A DNA stretch of 64,000 bases from NCBI GenBank assembly GCA_041937175.2, contig CP166615.1, positions 3,360,001-3,424,000 on the forward strand. The letters run 5' to 3'. The notes under the pieces were generated by a model. The model saw only the letters and a program-made list of their open reading frames with translations. It was not told the DNA's origin and did no database searches. Positions 10,803 through 23,501 of this stretch are shown here, in pieces. The translations under genes were made by a program, and so were the position numbers. This stretch comes from Limnothrix sp. BL-A-16 (GTDB lineage Bacteria; Cyanobacteriota; Cyanobacteriia; CACIAM-69d). Position 1 is the first letter of the stretch. Each line of letters begins with the position of its first letter.

Positions 10803-11295
10803 AGAAATCAGTTGTTTGGAAGAGCAACGGGTTTTAAAGAAAAATGCCCTGAGCTTAGCCCTAGTGATCGATAGCCATGACTGCTTTTAAAAATGTCTGA
10901 AATATTAATCATCTTCCATTTTTGCTTATTCTGAAACAATTAGGTTAAACATGATTAAAATTGGCTATTGAATTAACTGAGAATCTGCTTTTGCCCTTAA
11001 CGATTCCAATTATGCGATTTTTTCAGAAGGCTGACAATCTTGATCTTTATCTTTTATTTTTGGAATTTTAAGCGATCGATGATAATGATGGGCGTTGGGT
11101 GATCACAGTGATCGCAGTTCTTGAAGTTTTACGGATTCCAAGGGCAACCAACCGGATTCCTTTGCTGAGTGATTTGAGAAAGCGGATGGGCTGAGGCCCG
11201 ACCAGAAGCGATCAAGATGAACAGTACGATCGCCCCCAAAGGGGTTAAAAGGGGTGAGAATGTATTGTGCAAAACAATTTCCCGTTTCTTTCGCC

Positions 11296-12603
11296 ATGAC
11301 GTTTGCGCCCCCAGTTCAGCACCATGTTTTTCCCAATGGTTTGACGGCAATTGCGATCGAAAACCCAGCAGCGGATATTGTGGCGGCTCGTCTCTTCATT
11401 AAGGCCGGGAGCCTATGGGAGGCGCGATCAAAAGCGGGGCTAGCCAACTTGGTGGCAGCGGTGATGACAAAGGGCACGGAACGCCTGTCATCGATGGAAA
11501 TTGCGGAGCGGGTGGAATCGATTGGGGCCAGCCTGGGCACGGATGCTAGCACCGATTACTTTTTGGTTAGCCTCAAGAGTGTGTCCCACGATTTTGTGGA
11601 TTTGCTGTCGTTGGCGGGGGAATTATTGCGATCGCCCGCGTTTCCGGAGTCGGAGGTGGAACTGGAGCGATCGCTGATGTTGCAGGGGATTCGTTCCCAG
11701 CGCGAGCAGCCGTTTTCCCTGGGGTTCGATCAACTGCGCCAAGTGCTTTACGGGCCAGAGCATCCCTATGCGTTTTCGCCCTTGGGCACGGAAACCACCA
11801 CGGGACAACTGACCCCAGCGGATTTGCAGGCGTTTCATCAAACCTACTTCCAGCCCGATCGGGTGACGATCGCGGTGTCCGGTTGCCTGAGCACCCAGGA
11901 AACTCTGAAGGCGATCGAGGCTGTGTTTGGCGATTGGCAGGTGAGCGAGCAAGCAATTGTGGAGCCGCAGTTTCCACCCTTGCCCAACACCATTGAGCAA
12001 CGGGCAATCGCCCAGGAAACGCAACAGGCGATCGTCATGTTGGGTTATGGGGCCGCATCGGTGTTGGGAACGGGCGAAACCGCAACCGAGCAACAACATC
12101 ACCCGGACTATGCGGCGCTGAAGTTGGCTAGCACCTATTTGGGCAATGGTCTTTCGAGCCGCCTGTTTGTGGAGCTGCGGGAAAAACGCGGCTTGGCCTA
12201 TGAAGTTTCGGCGCTTTATCCAACCCGCTTGGGCCCGTCGCACTTTGTGGTCTACATGGGCACTGCCCCTCAGAACGTGCCCGAGGCGATCGCCGGGTTG
12301 CAATCGGAGGTGGAACGCTTGATTCATCACCCGATCGAGGAAGCAGAGCTAACCGCCGCTAAAAATAAGCTCTTGGGTCAATACGCCCTCGGGAAGCAAA
12401 CCAATGCCCAGTTGGCTCAACTCTATGGTTGGTATGAAGTGTTGGGCTTGGGTCGCGAGTTCGATCGCACCTTTCAAACCGCGATCGCCCAAGTGAGTGC
12501 CCAGGATATTCAAACGGTAGCCGATCGCTACTTTGCCGCGCCGCATATGGTTTTGACGGGCCCCGCCGCCGCCGTGGAGCCGGCCCTGTTGGTGACCCCC
12601 TAA
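11296..12603 (+). CDS. M16 (pitrilysin/insulinase) family protein, non-catalytic subunit type
   Basis: M16 signatures SSRLFVELREKRGLAY and KGT; HXXEH replaced by NLVAA. Confidence 0.85.
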   Translation: MTFAPPVQHHVFPNGLTAIAIENPAADIVAARLFIKAGSLWEARSKAGLANLVAAVMTKGTERLSSMEIAERVESIGASLGTDASTDYFLVSLKSVSHDFVDLLSLAGELLRSPAFPESEVELERSLMLQGIRSQREQPFSLGFDQLRQVLYGPEHPYAFSPLGTETTTGQLTPADLQAFHQTYFQPDRVTIAVSGCLSTQETLKAIEAVFGDWQVSEQAIVEPQFPPLPNTIEQRAIAQETQQAIVMLGYGAASVLGTGETATEQQHHPDYAALKLASTYLGNGLSSRLFVELREKRGLAYEVSALYPTRLGPSHFVVYMGTAPQNVPEAIAGLQSEVERLIHHPIEEAELTAAKNKLLGQYALGKQTNAQLAQLYGWYEVLGLGREFDRTFQTAIAQVSAQDIQTVADRYFAAPHMVLTGPAAAVEPALLVTP

Positions 12604-12746
12604 GTGCAGCCAGCGAGCGCCAAAACAGGCCAAAGTCAAAAAGTCCAAAGAAAATCAGAAAATCAAGGGCAAGGAACTTCAGCCCCTTGCCCTTGTTCTT
12701 GCCCTCTTAGTGGTTTTAGCCGCTGTTGTTTGAATCGTCGTGGTTA

Positions 12747-12872
12747 GAGGATGTTTAAAAAGTATTCTTTGGCACGGGCAAGCACCAATAGTCGTGGAAG
12801 GAGCTTAAGCCCCTTGTCTGAGTCGATCACTGGGGCGTACAGAGTAGCAATTTTGGCTTTTCAGACATCCTC
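12747..12872 (+). mobile_element. MITE family B copy (TIR GAGGATGTYTRAAAAG, 3-bp TTA duplication)
   Basis: TTA|GAGGATGTTTAAAAAG...CTTTTCAGACATCCTC|TTA; homologous to 25999-26129 and 55174-55304. Confidence 0.85.
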
Positions 12873-12954
12873 TTAGAGTCGCAGTGGCTAGCGTCGTAGC
12901 GGTCTGAGTCGCCCACCAACGGCATCAGCATTTTGAAAACTCGAGGAGAGTTCC

Positions 12955-13097
12955 TGGGGCGTGTCGTCAAATCGCATGAAACCTTGATTCCATCGTGACG
13001 AGATCGTTGGGAGCAAGGGGCTTAAGCCCCTTGTGACGATGATCGGGGTATGGAAAATCAATCGTTTCAGTTTGCCCCCAGGAAACGACGACAGGCA

Positions 13098-13100
<3 letters not shown>
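12955..13100 (+). mobile_element. MITE family A copy (146 bp; ends GGGGCGTGTCGTC / GACGACAGGCACTA)
   Basis: Full-length homology to 26785-26930, 34247-34391 and 61964-62109; central CAAGGGGCTTAAGCCCCTTG; right end overlaps the sqdB stop codon. Confidence 0.85.
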
Positions 13101-14261
<1,161 letters not shown>

Positions 14262-14541
14262 CTAGCGCTTGCCGATTGTTTCGCTCAATCTATCAGGGTT
14301 TGGTTAAATTTAGGCCTTCCACTGAAGGATGGGCACTGGATCCCGATTGATCCTGATAGGCTCCTGATGGGCTGGGCGTTTCGAGCACCATGATCTCGCC
14401 TTCGAGTTCTGATTGGTTTCTGGTCGGTTGTTGGTTGATCGTTAGTTGATCGTTGACTGATCAGCGATTGCCGGTTTGTGATTATTTGCAAATATTTTCT
14501 GGGCAGGTACTTTCCGCAAGTCCTTGCTGCAAGCCGCTGGG

Positions 14542-15285
14542 TCAAAACAAGTCCACTTGCCAATGGCGGAACCCATCCATAATGCCCAAGAGGCCAGGAT
14601 AGGGACTGCGGTAGAGGGTGGGTCGATCGCCCAAAGCCGCCAGCAATTTGGGTTCACTGTTGCCCACGGCGATCGCCCGGTAACCCGCCGCCAACAGGTT
14701 CAAATCATTGAGGCTGTCTCCGGCGGTGATGATGCGATCGCCCGGCCAGCGCTCCAGCTTGGCCAGTCGTTGCAGGGTAGATCCTTTGGCAACGCCCTTG
14801 GGCATCACGTCTAGATAGCGATCGGCGGACATAATTACATCAAAACCGGCCGCCTGGATCAGGTTCAGCGTGGCTTGCCGCAATAATTGCGGGTCGTAGT
14901 CATAGGACACGCGGTAGGCAAATTCCCCGCGCTGCAACGAAAGACCCGGCTCCCCCACCAGCAAGCGCTTCACCCGATCGTTCGCGCAATTCCAACGATT
15001 GGCGATTTCTGTCTGGATAGTTTCGATCAAGCGGCCCTGACCGTCATAGACCGTTGTACCCACATCGGCAATCACAAAATCCGGTTGGGGCACCGGGCAA
15101 TCGCCCGACCACAGTGGCTCAATGAGTTCCCAATGGCGACCGGTCACGAAAACCAAAATCAGCCGATCTCGCTGTTGTTCAATCCGTTGATAAAACGCAG
15201 CGCGATCGGCCTGGGAGCCGTGCAGAAAGGTTCCGTCCAAATCCGTTGCCAGCACCCAACGGGGCGCGGTCGTTGCAAAAACCAT
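14542..15285 (-). CDS. HAD-IIB family phosphatase (sucrose-/glucosylglycerol-phosphate phosphatase-like)
   Basis: TDLDGT motif I, VTGR motif II, KG motif III, GDSLND motif IV. Confidence 0.85.
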   Translation of the reverse strand: MVFATTAPRWVLATDLDGTFLHGSQADRAAFYQRIEQQRDRLILVFVTGRHWELIEPLWSGDCPVPQPDFVIADVGTTVYDGQGRLIETIQTEIANRWNCANDRVKRLLVGEPGLSLQRGEFAYRVSYDYDPQLLRQATLNLIQAAGFDVIMSADRYLDVMPKGVAKGSTLQRLAKLERWPGDRIITAGDSLNDLNLLAAGYRAIAVGNSEPKLLAALGDRPTLYRSPYPGLLGIMDGFRHWQVDLF

Positions 15286-15386
15286 AGATCACCAGTTCCC
15301 CACCGATGCGATCAATCCCTGGGCATTGTACCAAGGCGTTTCCTGCTCCCCAGGAAAGATGGGTGTCTAGTGGGGTTAATCAACGG

Positions 15387-16913
15387 CTATGCGCCGACGG
15401 CTTCCTTAGCGGCATAGAGCACTTCAGCGGTGATTTGCGTCAGTCCCCGATCGCGCGCAAATTTTTCCGTATTGCGCTTCACCTTGCCCCGCACAAAACC
15501 CGGCACACGGTTCAACTCCGTCAGCCCATCGCGACTCCAACTCAGCTCCGAATCCGTGGAAACAGACTTGGTAATCACTTCCTTGGTGTCGTGGCCGCCA
15601 AAGATTTCCAGCAAATGATCTTCCATACCCAAGGTGAAGGAGTTATACACCAAATCCACCACCTGATTAGCGCCCTCATAGCCCAAATAGGGCCGGTAGC
15701 CAACGGGGAAATTCTGAATATGAACCGGAGCCGCAATCACACCACAAGGGATATCTAATCGCTTGCCCACGTGGCGCTCCATTTGCGTGCCAAAGATGGC
15801 GGCCGGTTCAATTTCCGCGATCGCGTTGGCCACCTGGGTATGGTCATCGGTAATCAAGACTCGATCGCAATATTCACTGACCTGATCCCGGAACCAATCG
15901 GCATCATACTGACAGTAAGTGCCCGCCAAAACCACCTGAATTCCCATTTCCCGGGCCAGGATTTTGGTCATGGCCGCCGCGTGGGTGTTGTCACCAAACA
16001 CCACGGCTTTTTTGCCCGTCAGATTTTGACAGTCGATCGAACGCGTGAACCAAGCGGCTTGCGAAGCAAATCGGGTTTGTTCATCAATAAACCCTTCATA
16101 GTCCACCGCTTCGCCCTGGCTATTCAGCACGGATTGGATCGATCGAATGCAGCGGGCCGTTTCCACAATTCCCATCGGCGTAATATCCACAAGCGGCATC
16201 TGAAATTCCGTTTGTAAATATTGCGCCGTCAGCCCGCCAATTTCGCGGTAAGGAACCAAATTAAACCAAGCCCGAGGCAACTGTTTCAGTTCCTCCACCG
16301 AAGCCCCATCGGGAATCACCGCATTCACCGTAATTCCCAGATCTGCCATCAATCGCTTCAGTTCAGTGCAATCGTGGCGATTATGAAATCCCAGCGTGGT
16401 CATTCCCAAAATATTCACCGAAGGGCGATCGGTTTTTTGGGTTTGCAAATCACCCACTTTGCGGGCTTTTTCAATGTAGAACTTGACGATTTGCTGAAGG
16501 GTTTGATCCGCCGCTTGCAATTCGTTCACGCGGTAGTGATTCACATCCGCAAAAAGCACATCACCCTTGGCATCCAACTGGGCCCGCGCCACAAAATTTT
16601 GCAAATCCTCTTGCAAAATGCTCGAGGTACAAGTGGGAGTCAGCACAATTAAATCCGGCGCTTCTTCCCGATCTTTGCGAACAATATTATCAACAACTTT
16701 TTCTTGGGAGCCTTGGGCCAAAACATTGCGATCGACCACGCTGGTGGTGACAGGGGTATAGTCTCGCTCCCGTTCCAACATCGATCGCATCACATTGAAA
16801 TAATCATCCCCCAGTGGGGCGTGCATGATGGCATGGACTTTTTTAAAAGAACTGGCAATCCGCAACGTTCCAATATGGGCCGGCCCGGCATACATCCAAT
16901 AGGCTAATTTCAT
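15387..16913 (-). CDS. chlB: Light-independent protochlorophyllide reductase subunit B
   Basis: [34 protein letters not shown]-terminal [13 protein letters not shown]. Confidence 0.98.
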   Translation of the reverse strand: MKLAYWMYAGPAHIGTLRIASSFKKVHAIMHAPLGDDYFNVMRSMLERERDYTPVTTSVVDRNVLAQGSQEKVVDNIVRKDREEAPDLIVLTPTCTSSILQEDLQNFVARAQLDAKGDVLFADVNHYRVNELQAADQTLQQIVKFYIEKARKVGDLQTQKTDRPSVNILGMTTLGFHNRHDCTELKRLMADLGITVNAVIPDGASVEELKQLPRAWFNLVPYREIGGLTAQYLQTEFQMPLVDITPMGIVETARCIRSIQSVLNSQGEAVDYEGFIDEQTRFASQAAWFTRSIDCQNLTGKKAVVFGDNTHAAAMTKILAREMGIQVVLAGTYCQYDADWFRDQVSEYCDRVLITDDHTQVANAIAEIEPAAIFGTQMERHVGKRLDIPCGVIAAPVHIQNFPVGYRPYLGYEGANQVVDLVYNSFTLGMEDHLLEIFGGHDTKEVITKSVSTDSELSWSRDGLTELNRVPGFVRGKVKRNTEKFARDRGLTQITAEVLYAAKEAVGA

Positions 16914-17278
16914 CGGCTGCTCAACTTGGGCCCAATAGCCCGACGCATTGACGTTGAATCAGGTCTAAATTTGCATCTAAATCTAAGCCCAAGTTTGATT
17001 CTCGCAGACGAATAATTGATCCCCGCTAAACATGAAGCATTGCAACGTAAACAAAAATCTGCAAGTGTTGCGAGACCTAACAACCCTTGCAGACGAATGA
17101 ATGGCGTTTGCCTTGTTTGGGATTGGCTTTTCGAGAATGAACCTCGTTTTGGCTTTGTCTTCTTTTGAACAAACTTGAATCAAGGTGAACGAACTTGAAC
17201 CCAATTGAAGGGTTGGGATGAGACCGAAGAGGCTATCTAAAAAGAATTTTTGGGTTTGGGCCCAGCACGCGCAGTCCT

Positions 17279-17396
17279 GGGGGCCGGTCACCGTTTAGCC
17301 CGAAACCCTAGGGCTGCCGTTAGCAGAAGTCGCGGGGGGCAAGGGGCTGAAGCCCCTTGTCTTTGTTGATCGAGGAGACTCGCCACATAGCCCCTC
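17279..17396 (+). repeat. Degenerate MITE family A-related copy
   Basis: GTTTAGCCCGAAACCC...CTGCCGTTAGC...CAAGGGGCTGAAGCCCCTTG matches the left half of 53451-53600; ends eroded. Confidence 0.55.
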
Positions 17397-17443
17397 TGCA
17401 AGAATCGGGGTGAAAGGGCCGAAGCGATCGCCCAACCTGACGT

Positions 17444-18190
17444 TTAAACCGAAGCTGCGTCGGGCACGGTTTCCACGGCGCGATCGTCCTGGGCCGGCAA
17501 TTCAAGGCAGTAACCCGCGCCATAAACGGTTTTGATGTAGCGCGGATGGCGGGGATCGGGTTCTAACTTGGTGCGCAAATGTCGCACGTGAACCCGAATG
17601 GTTTCAATGTCATCGTTGGGATCGTAACCCCAAACTTCCTTGAGAATTTCGCTGGGGGCCACGGTTTGGCCATGGCGTTGCAACAGGCAGTGCAACAGTT
17701 CAAATTCCAGGTGAGTGAGTTTAACGGTTTTGTCAAACCAGATGGCTTCAAACCGTTCAGGAACCAGGGTTAGGGGGCCGTAGCTCAGAATTTCGCTATG
17801 TTTAGCCGCTTGGGGAATGCGATCGGTGCGCCGCAACAGGGCCCGCACCCGCGCCAACATTTCTTCGACTTCAAAGGGCTTGGTTAAGTAATCGTCTGCC
17901 CCTGCATTGAAGCCTTCAACTTTATGCTGCGTTTGCCCCAGCGCCGTCAGCATGAGCACGGGAATATCGGCGGTGCGTTCATCACGTCGCAGCCGCTGAC
18001 AGACGGTGAACCCATCAACCTTGGGCAACATAATGTCCAACAAAATCAAGTCGGGCATGAGTTGGAGCGCTAGGGCTTGGCCCTTGATGCCATCGGTGGT
18101 TTGGTTCACGTCATAGCCGGCCATTTCTAGGTTGACGGATACCAGTTCGGAAATGGCTGGATCGTCGTCAATAACGAGAATGCGCGGCAT
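17444..18190 (-). CDS. rpaA: OmpR-family response regulator RpaA (circadian output)
   Basis: [60 protein letters not shown]. Confidence 0.95.
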   Translation of the reverse strand: MPRILVIDDDPAISELVSVNLEMAGYDVNQTTDGIKGQALALQLMPDLILLDIMLPKVDGFTVCQRLRRDERTADIPVLMLTALGQTQHKVEGFNAGADDYLTKPFEVEEMLARVRALLRRTDRIPQAAKHSEILSYGPLTLVPERFEAIWFDKTVKLTHLEFELLHCLLQRHGQTVAPSEILKEVWGYDPNDDIETIRVHVRHLRTKLEPDPRHPRYIKTVYGAGYCLELPAQDDRAVETVPDAASV

Positions 18191-18441
18191 GGCCTTTGGC
18201 TCCGAAAAACGTGCGATCGGGGACAGGCAACCAACTGCGTATCCCTGATCGGATTATAAAGCGGCTGAGAAGAAGGCTGAAAAATCACTATTTTGTTTTA
18301 GCAATCGTTCGCAACTGACGGTAACAGTTCGCAATGTTGCAATGTTTGCAATCTGGCCGTGGCTAATCCTGCCGTCGCGAACCTTGTTGTTGCCCGATCG
18401 CCCCGCTGCCGGCTGCACGGGAGATTTAGGGGCTGCAAGGA

Positions 18442-19173
18442 TTAGGGACTGAGATGAACTTGGCCGAGGATGGCCCGCAGGCGATCGTAATCATCCTTGA
18501 GCAGGACGCTGAGAGTGCGGCCCGCCTGCACCAACCAGGGCCGATCGCCCTGTCGCAGCCGATAAACCTCCCGCAGGGTGGCGGCAATCAGCGCATCGGT
18601 GGGCGTGCCGCTCATTTGCAGCAAAGTCCGCAAAAAGTCCATTTTGGCGGTGAATTCCACCACCTCTTGGCGATCGCACCCATACACGGCTTGGTGAATT
18701 TGGGGTGGACGGGGGGGCAAATGTTGATAGAGCGGGCCGTTGATCAATTTGGCCCCCGCTTGCAAGAGGCTGGCGATCGCCCCTGGGTTCACGCCTTCTG
18801 TGCCGATCGCGTCGGGATTCAAGGACTCCAGCGGCACAAACCCCACGATCGCCACTCGAAACTCCGTGCGCAACATGGAAAAAATCTGCGGCTGTTGTTC
18901 GCGTAAATCTTCCAAGGACAGCCCCAAGGCCTGGGCCCGGTGTACGGAGTCGATCGGGGCGGTGGTGGCATGATAAACCACCCCATAGATCTGATTGCCG
19001 GAATCCTCATCGCGCGATCGCACCCAACTGCCAAAGGGCGGCATGGTCGGAAAACTAAGGGTTTCTGGCTCCAAACATTGGGCCAAATATTCCGTCGTGG
19101 CCGTTTCAATCACTTCCGCCAGGTGATGGGACGGGCGATCGCGCTGGGCAAATTGCGGCAGGGGTAAACGCAT
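18442..19173 (-). CDS. HAS-barrel domain-containing protein
   Basis: MRLPLPQF, PPFGSWV, PIDSVHRA and LPPRPPQIHQAV resemble the conserved cyanobacterial protein found beside ndhS. Confidence 0.7.
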   Translation of the reverse strand: MRLPLPQFAQRDRPSHHLAEVIETATTEYLAQCLEPETLSFPTMPPFGSWVRSRDEDSGNQIYGVVYHATTAPIDSVHRAQALGLSLEDLREQQPQIFSMLRTEFRVAIVGFVPLESLNPDAIGTEGVNPGAIASLLQAGAKLINGPLYQHLPPRPPQIHQAVYGCDRQEVVEFTAKMDFLRTLLQMSGTPTDALIAATLREVYRLRQGDRPWLVQAGRTLSVLLKDDYDRLRAILGQVHLSP

Positions 19174-19236
19174 GGCCGAACCAAACGGGGCTAAGGGGAG
19201 CAAGGGTTAGAGGACGGATAGCCTTAAACCAATGCG

Positions 19237-19431
19237 TTACTTTTTGCCGCGACCAGCCGTGGCATCCACCGTCTCCAGTTCCGAGAACCGGAAGGTGACC
19301 AATTTATCCCAATTGCCGCCCTCAAACAGCACAGCCACTTTGCCATCGGTCACGCGCTGCACTTGACCTTGAAACTGATAGTAGGTGTCGTTGGGGTTAA
19401 TGACACGGACTGCGGAACCGGGCAGGATCAT
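19237..19431 (-). CDS. ndhS: NAD(P)H dehydrogenase subunit S
   Basis: 64 aa; MILPG...DTYY...[26 protein letters not shown]. Confidence 0.95.
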   Translation of the reverse strand: MILPGSAVRVINPNDTYYQFQGQVQRVTDGKVAVLFEGGNWDKLVTFRFSELETVDATAGRGKK

Positions 19432-19700
19432 AGGATTAGCCTGAACTCGACAGGGACTGGGATTGGCGTTGGGATCGGGGCTTGGGGCCCCAAGGGCCGT
19501 CAAGCGATGCCCAGCCCTTACGATAGCGTGCGATCGAGCTGCTTTGATCGCCCAATCCCGCCCGATCGCCCCCAAAATTTTTGATATCCCCAATCAGGCG
19601 AACGGTTTAATTCTGAGCTGATCTCGGGCTGTGCCGATCGATGGGTCTAATCAATTGGGTCGATCAAGCACGCGACCTAGGGCAGGGATTCCCCGCGTCT

Positions 19701-20810
19701 TTAGCCGGCCAGCACCAAGTTATCCCGATGCACCACCGTTTCCGGTGCGTCGTGCCCCAAAATTGCGGCAATTTCGTCCGATCGCTTGCCACAGATTTTC
19801 TCCAGCGCCTCATGGCTGAAATTCACCAAGCCGCGAGCCACCTCCCGCCCTTCCAGATCACAGAGCTGCACCGCATCTTGGGGTTGAAACTCCCCTTCCA
19901 AGTCCCGAATTCCCGCCGCCAACAGGGATCCCCCCCCCGTGCAGATCGCCCGCACTGCCCCGGAATCGAGATAAAGCTTGCCCGCTGGAATCAGTCCATG
20001 GGCAATCCACCGCTTGCGGGCACTGGTGGCCTGAGGTTGGGGCGCAAACTGCGTGCCAATATCCGCCCCCTCCAAGATTTTCAGCAAGTTACGGGGTTGG
20101 CTACCGTCCGTAATCACCACGCGAACCCCGGCGCTGGTACCAATTTGGGCGGCGGTGATTTTGGTGGCCATGCCGCCGGTTCCCCACTGGGAGCCACGGC
20201 CGCCAATGTCCAGTTCCAACGCCTCCAAATCAGACATTTGCTCCACCAGGCGAATCGGTTCCGCGTCGGGATTTTGGCGTGGGTCGGCGGAATAGAGCCG
20301 ATCGACATCCGTGAGCAGAAACAGCCACTCCGCTTCCACCAGGCTGGCCACCAAGGCCGAAAGGGTGTCGTTATCGCCAAATTTCAACTCATCCACGGCC
20401 ACCGTGTCGTTTTCATTGACGATCGGGATAGCCCCCATCCGCAGCAGTTCTTGAAAGGTGCTGTAGGCGTTGATGTAGCGACTGCGCTGGGCCAAGTCCC
20501 CCCGCGTCAGCAACACTTGGGCGATCGGCTGGTCAAACTGACTAAACAGATCGTCATAGACCCGCATCAGTCGCCCTTGGCCCACGGCGGCCACGGCCTG
20601 TTTCTGGGCGATTGCCTTGGGGCGTTCCGTCAGCCCCAACCGCGCACAGCCCACCCCCACGGCTCCCGACGACACCAGCACCACGGGATAGCCCCGATCG
20701 CGCAGATCGCAAATCACTTCCACCAACGTGGCGATCGTGGACAAGGCCAGCCGGCCGCTGTCCGGTTGGGTCAAGCTAGAAGTGCCAATTTTCAAGACGA
20801 TCGGGCGCAT
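19701..20810 (-). CDS. proB: Glutamate 5-kinase
   Basis: [39 protein letters not shown]-terminal PUA domain. Confidence 0.97.
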   Translation of the reverse strand: MRPIVLKIGTSSLTQPDSGRLALSTIATLVEVICDLRDRGYPVVLVSSGAVGVGCARLGLTERPKAIAQKQAVAAVGQGRLMRVYDDLFSQFDQPIAQVLLTRGDLAQRSRYINAYSTFQELLRMGAIPIVNENDTVAVDELKFGDNDTLSALVASLVEAEWLFLLTDVDRLYSADPRQNPDAEPIRLVEQMSDLEALELDIGGRGSQWGTGGMATKITAAQIGTSAGVRVVITDGSQPRNLLKILEGADIGTQFAPQPQATSARKRWIAHGLIPAGKLYLDSGAVRAICTGGGSLLAAGIRDLEGEFQPQDAVQLCDLEGREVARGLVNFSHEALEKICGKRSDEIAAILGHDAPETVVHRDNLVLAG

Positions 20811-20952
20811 AACTAACCACCACTTCTGGAAGGGTTGCAAGGGGCAACCAATTATCAAACCAGCGAAGGGCCCCAGCGGCCCAGGCTTTGGCCCCGGGGC
20901 GATCTTGGCCAACGGGGATCAGGCGGTGGATGTGTGGGGTGAATGCGTGGGG

Positions 20953-21195
20953 CTAATTCTGGGCGATCGCTTCGTCTTCGTGTGGATCCCTAACCAGAAT
21001 GCTTGAGATTGCTGCGAGACCTCCACCCCCCATCCCGGCCCAGATCTTGGGCGAAACGGCTATCTCAATCCCAGTGATCCCAAAAACCATGGGAAACGCA
21101 GCGCAAAAACAAAGTGCCGGGATCCGGAGACCCCAGCACTTTGACTGTTTAAAAAAGTTGGTTTTATGGTTAGGGTCTTTATTGGCTGACCCCAT
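20953..21195 (-). CDS. Possible small membrane protein (hypothetical)
   Basis: 80-aa ATG ORF with two hydrophobic stretches, downstream of an AT-rich tract; no family recognised. Confidence 0.3.
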   Translation of the reverse strand: MGSANKDPNHKTNFFKQSKCWGLRIPALCFCAAFPMVFGITGIEIAVSPKIWAGMGGGGLAAISSILVRDPHEDEAIAQN

Positions 21196-21740
21196 TTGAA
21201 CTGTTATTAGAATCGCAGATTTTTGGGATGGCGTTTTATTTCCTTATATTTTTTTTATATTTGTTTCTTCATAAAAGTTAATCAACATGATCGGATTTTG
21301 TATTCTAGCAAGCGATATATCACGAGATCAGTGTCTTTTCTTTAAAAAATGTTTCAGCCATAGCGGCAACTTGATAGAGAAATCCCCCTAGGCCAGAAAG
21401 CCGAGGCGATTTGAATAAAAACTGTATCGGAATTGACAAAAAATTATTAAGCGCCCTATTCCCTAGATTTTCACTATGAATCTGTGCGTTACACCGCAAA
21501 TTGCAACGATTAATGATGGCAAAAACCATGACTAATCGCTCCTAAAGTTAGCCCCCAAATCCTCGGATTGGATTCCGAATCTTTGGGGGCAGTTGTCAAT
21601 GGTGCTGTGTTGGTTTTTTGGGGCCAAGACTGCTTAATTGTGTGCTCATCTATTCAGGTGGGATCCACCCAGTCAAGATCCATGAGCACCGGTCATTTGT
21701 AACTCAATCTCAGAATGACTTCGAGTTGACGGTTGACGAG

Positions 21741-22307
21741 TTAGCTGGCGGGGCGATCGGGCGAGGAGGTCGCTGTGGGCAGGGGCGAAGGATCGCGATA
21801 GAACGACGCGCCAATCAGTTTTGAGAGCCACACTTCGAGGGAGTGAATCGGGTAGCCCCGATGGGCCGACAGGGGATTCACCATCGGTTGCACCAACACG
21901 GTGAACAGCCCCAGACGGTTACCGGCCAACACATCGGTGAACAGGCGATCGCCCACCATGGCCACCCGTTCCGGCGGCAGTTGCATTTCTTGGAGCGCTT
22001 GGCGCAACTTGCGGCGAGAGGGTTTGGCGGCTCCGGTGAAGTAGGGCAAATCGAGCGATCGGGCAATGCTGCCAATGCGCGATTCGCTCAGGTTGTTGCT
22101 GGCCAGCCACAGTTGCACATGGGGCCGCACCGCCTGGATCCAAGTCACCAGTTCCGGTGAAACCGCGTCGGTGGTGGTGGGAACCAAGGTGTCATCCACA
22201 TCCAGAATCAGGCCCTGCAAACCGTGCTGCACAATCACTTCCGGCGTGAGGGCCAAGATGGAGTCGCCTAGGATTAAGTCGGGCTGAAGCAGGACACCAA
22301 ACGTCAC
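21741..22307 (-). CDS. YqeG family HAD-IIIA phosphatase
   Basis: LDVDDTL, SNN, AAKP, MVGDRLFTDVLAGNRLG; GTG start with GAGG upstream. Confidence 0.92.
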   Translation of the reverse strand: MTFGVLLQPDLILGDSILALTPEVIVQHGLQGLILDVDDTLVPTTTDAVSPELVTWIQAVRPHVQLWLASNNLSESRIGSIARSLDLPYFTGAAKPSRRKLRQALQEMQLPPERVAMVGDRLFTDVLAGNRLGLFTVLVQPMVNPLSAHRGYPIHSLEVWLSKLIGASFYRDPSPLPTATSSPDRPAS

Positions 22308-22391
22308 GGGAACCTCACAAACTTGTGGCGATCGAACTGAGCAGCGAAACTGAGCAGCAACGTGGAAATCGGGCGATCGGGACGATTGCAC

Positions 22392-23489
22392 CTAGGGGCT
22401 GGGGCTGGCCGCCGGTTGAGGGGTCGATCGAGTCCTGGCGTTCCGCTCGGCCCGAATGCGCTTCACCGCGGCCTCGTGTTCCGCCAGGGTTTTGCTAAAC
22501 ACATGGGTTCCGTCATACCGTGCCACAAAGAACAGATAGTCTGTTTTGGCCGGAGCCAAGGTCGCCTCTAGGCTGGCTTTGCCCGGTGCAGCGATCGGCC
22601 CCGGCGGTAACCCAGGATTGAGATAGGTATTGTAGGGCGAAGGCTGGCGAATATCCGTGAAAGTCAAAGGGCGATCGGGCGTTTGCCGAATTTTCAGGGC
22701 ATATTCCACCGTTGGATCTGATTCTAGCTTTTGCCCCTGATTCAGCCGATTGCTAAACACCCCCGCAATCACCGATCGCTCCTGGGGAATCACCGCCTCC
22801 TTCTCCACAATGCTGGAAAGCGTCACCCACCCCAACAAATCCAACTTGGTTTGGCCGCGGTTTTGGTTCCACAGGGGCAAAGCCACCTTTTCAAAGCGAT
22901 CGAGCATCGAATCAATCACCGCCTGCGGGGTAATCGTATCTCCCGGAAACTGGTAAGTATCCGGAAAAAGAAACCCCTCCAAGGACGTAATTCGCTGGGG
23001 CAACCAAGGATAGCGATCGCGTGGGATTTTTTGCGCGAGGGCCAAAAACTCCTCCGCCCGAAACACCCCTTGGGACTGGAAATAGTCGGCCATTTGCCGC
23101 ACCGTCCAGCCCTCCGGAATCGTCAGGCTCTGTTGAATGGTCTTGCCCTGCCAAAGTTGCTGGGCAACGTCCGTCATCGGGGCCGTGGGCAATAGTTCAT
23201 AGGTTCCCGCCTGGAAGCCGCCATTGTCGTCATTCCAAGTCAGCCACCGGGCCCACAGTTCCCAAGCCGCGCTGGAGCGAATAATCCCTAACCGTTCCAG
23301 ATCGCGGCCAATTTGCCGGGCGCTGGTTCCCCGTTCAATTTGTACTTGTACTGCTTTCATGGCGGTGTCGCCCTGGGCCAAGTCCATGGGACGGTTGGCC
23401 CAGCTCCACCATTGCCATCCTTGCCAAGCACCAACCAAGGCCGCCGTGGGCACGAGGAGAGTAAATATCACGCGACCCAATCGTTGCAT
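22392..23489 (-). CDS. mltG: Endolytic transglycosylase MltG (YceG)
   Basis: N-terminal TM; TIPEG, LEGFLFPDTY, SIVEKE, SPYNTY..GLPPGPI. Confidence 0.95.
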   Translation of the reverse strand: MQRLGRVIFTLLVPTAALVGAWQGWQWWSWANRPMDLAQGDTAMKAVQVQIERGTSARQIGRDLERLGIIRSSAAWELWARWLTWNDDNGGFQAGTYELLPTAPMTDVAQQLWQGKTIQQSLTIPEGWTVRQMADYFQSQGVFRAEEFLALAQKIPRDRYPWLPQRITSLEGFLFPDTYQFPGDTITPQAVIDSMLDRFEKVALPLWNQNRGQTKLDLLGWVTLSSIVEKEAVIPQERSVIAGVFSNRLNQGQKLESDPTVEYALKIRQTPDRPLTFTDIRQPSPYNTYLNPGLPPGPIAAPGKASLEATLAPAKTDYLFFVARYDGTHVFSKTLAEHEAAVKRIRAERNARTRSTPQPAASPSP

Positions 23490-23501
23490 GGCTCGATCGA
23501 A

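Noticed and set aside
18301..18353. GTTCGCAA/TTGCAA repeats upstream of rpaA
   Set aside because: Short and irregularly spaced; cannot be assigned to a regulator
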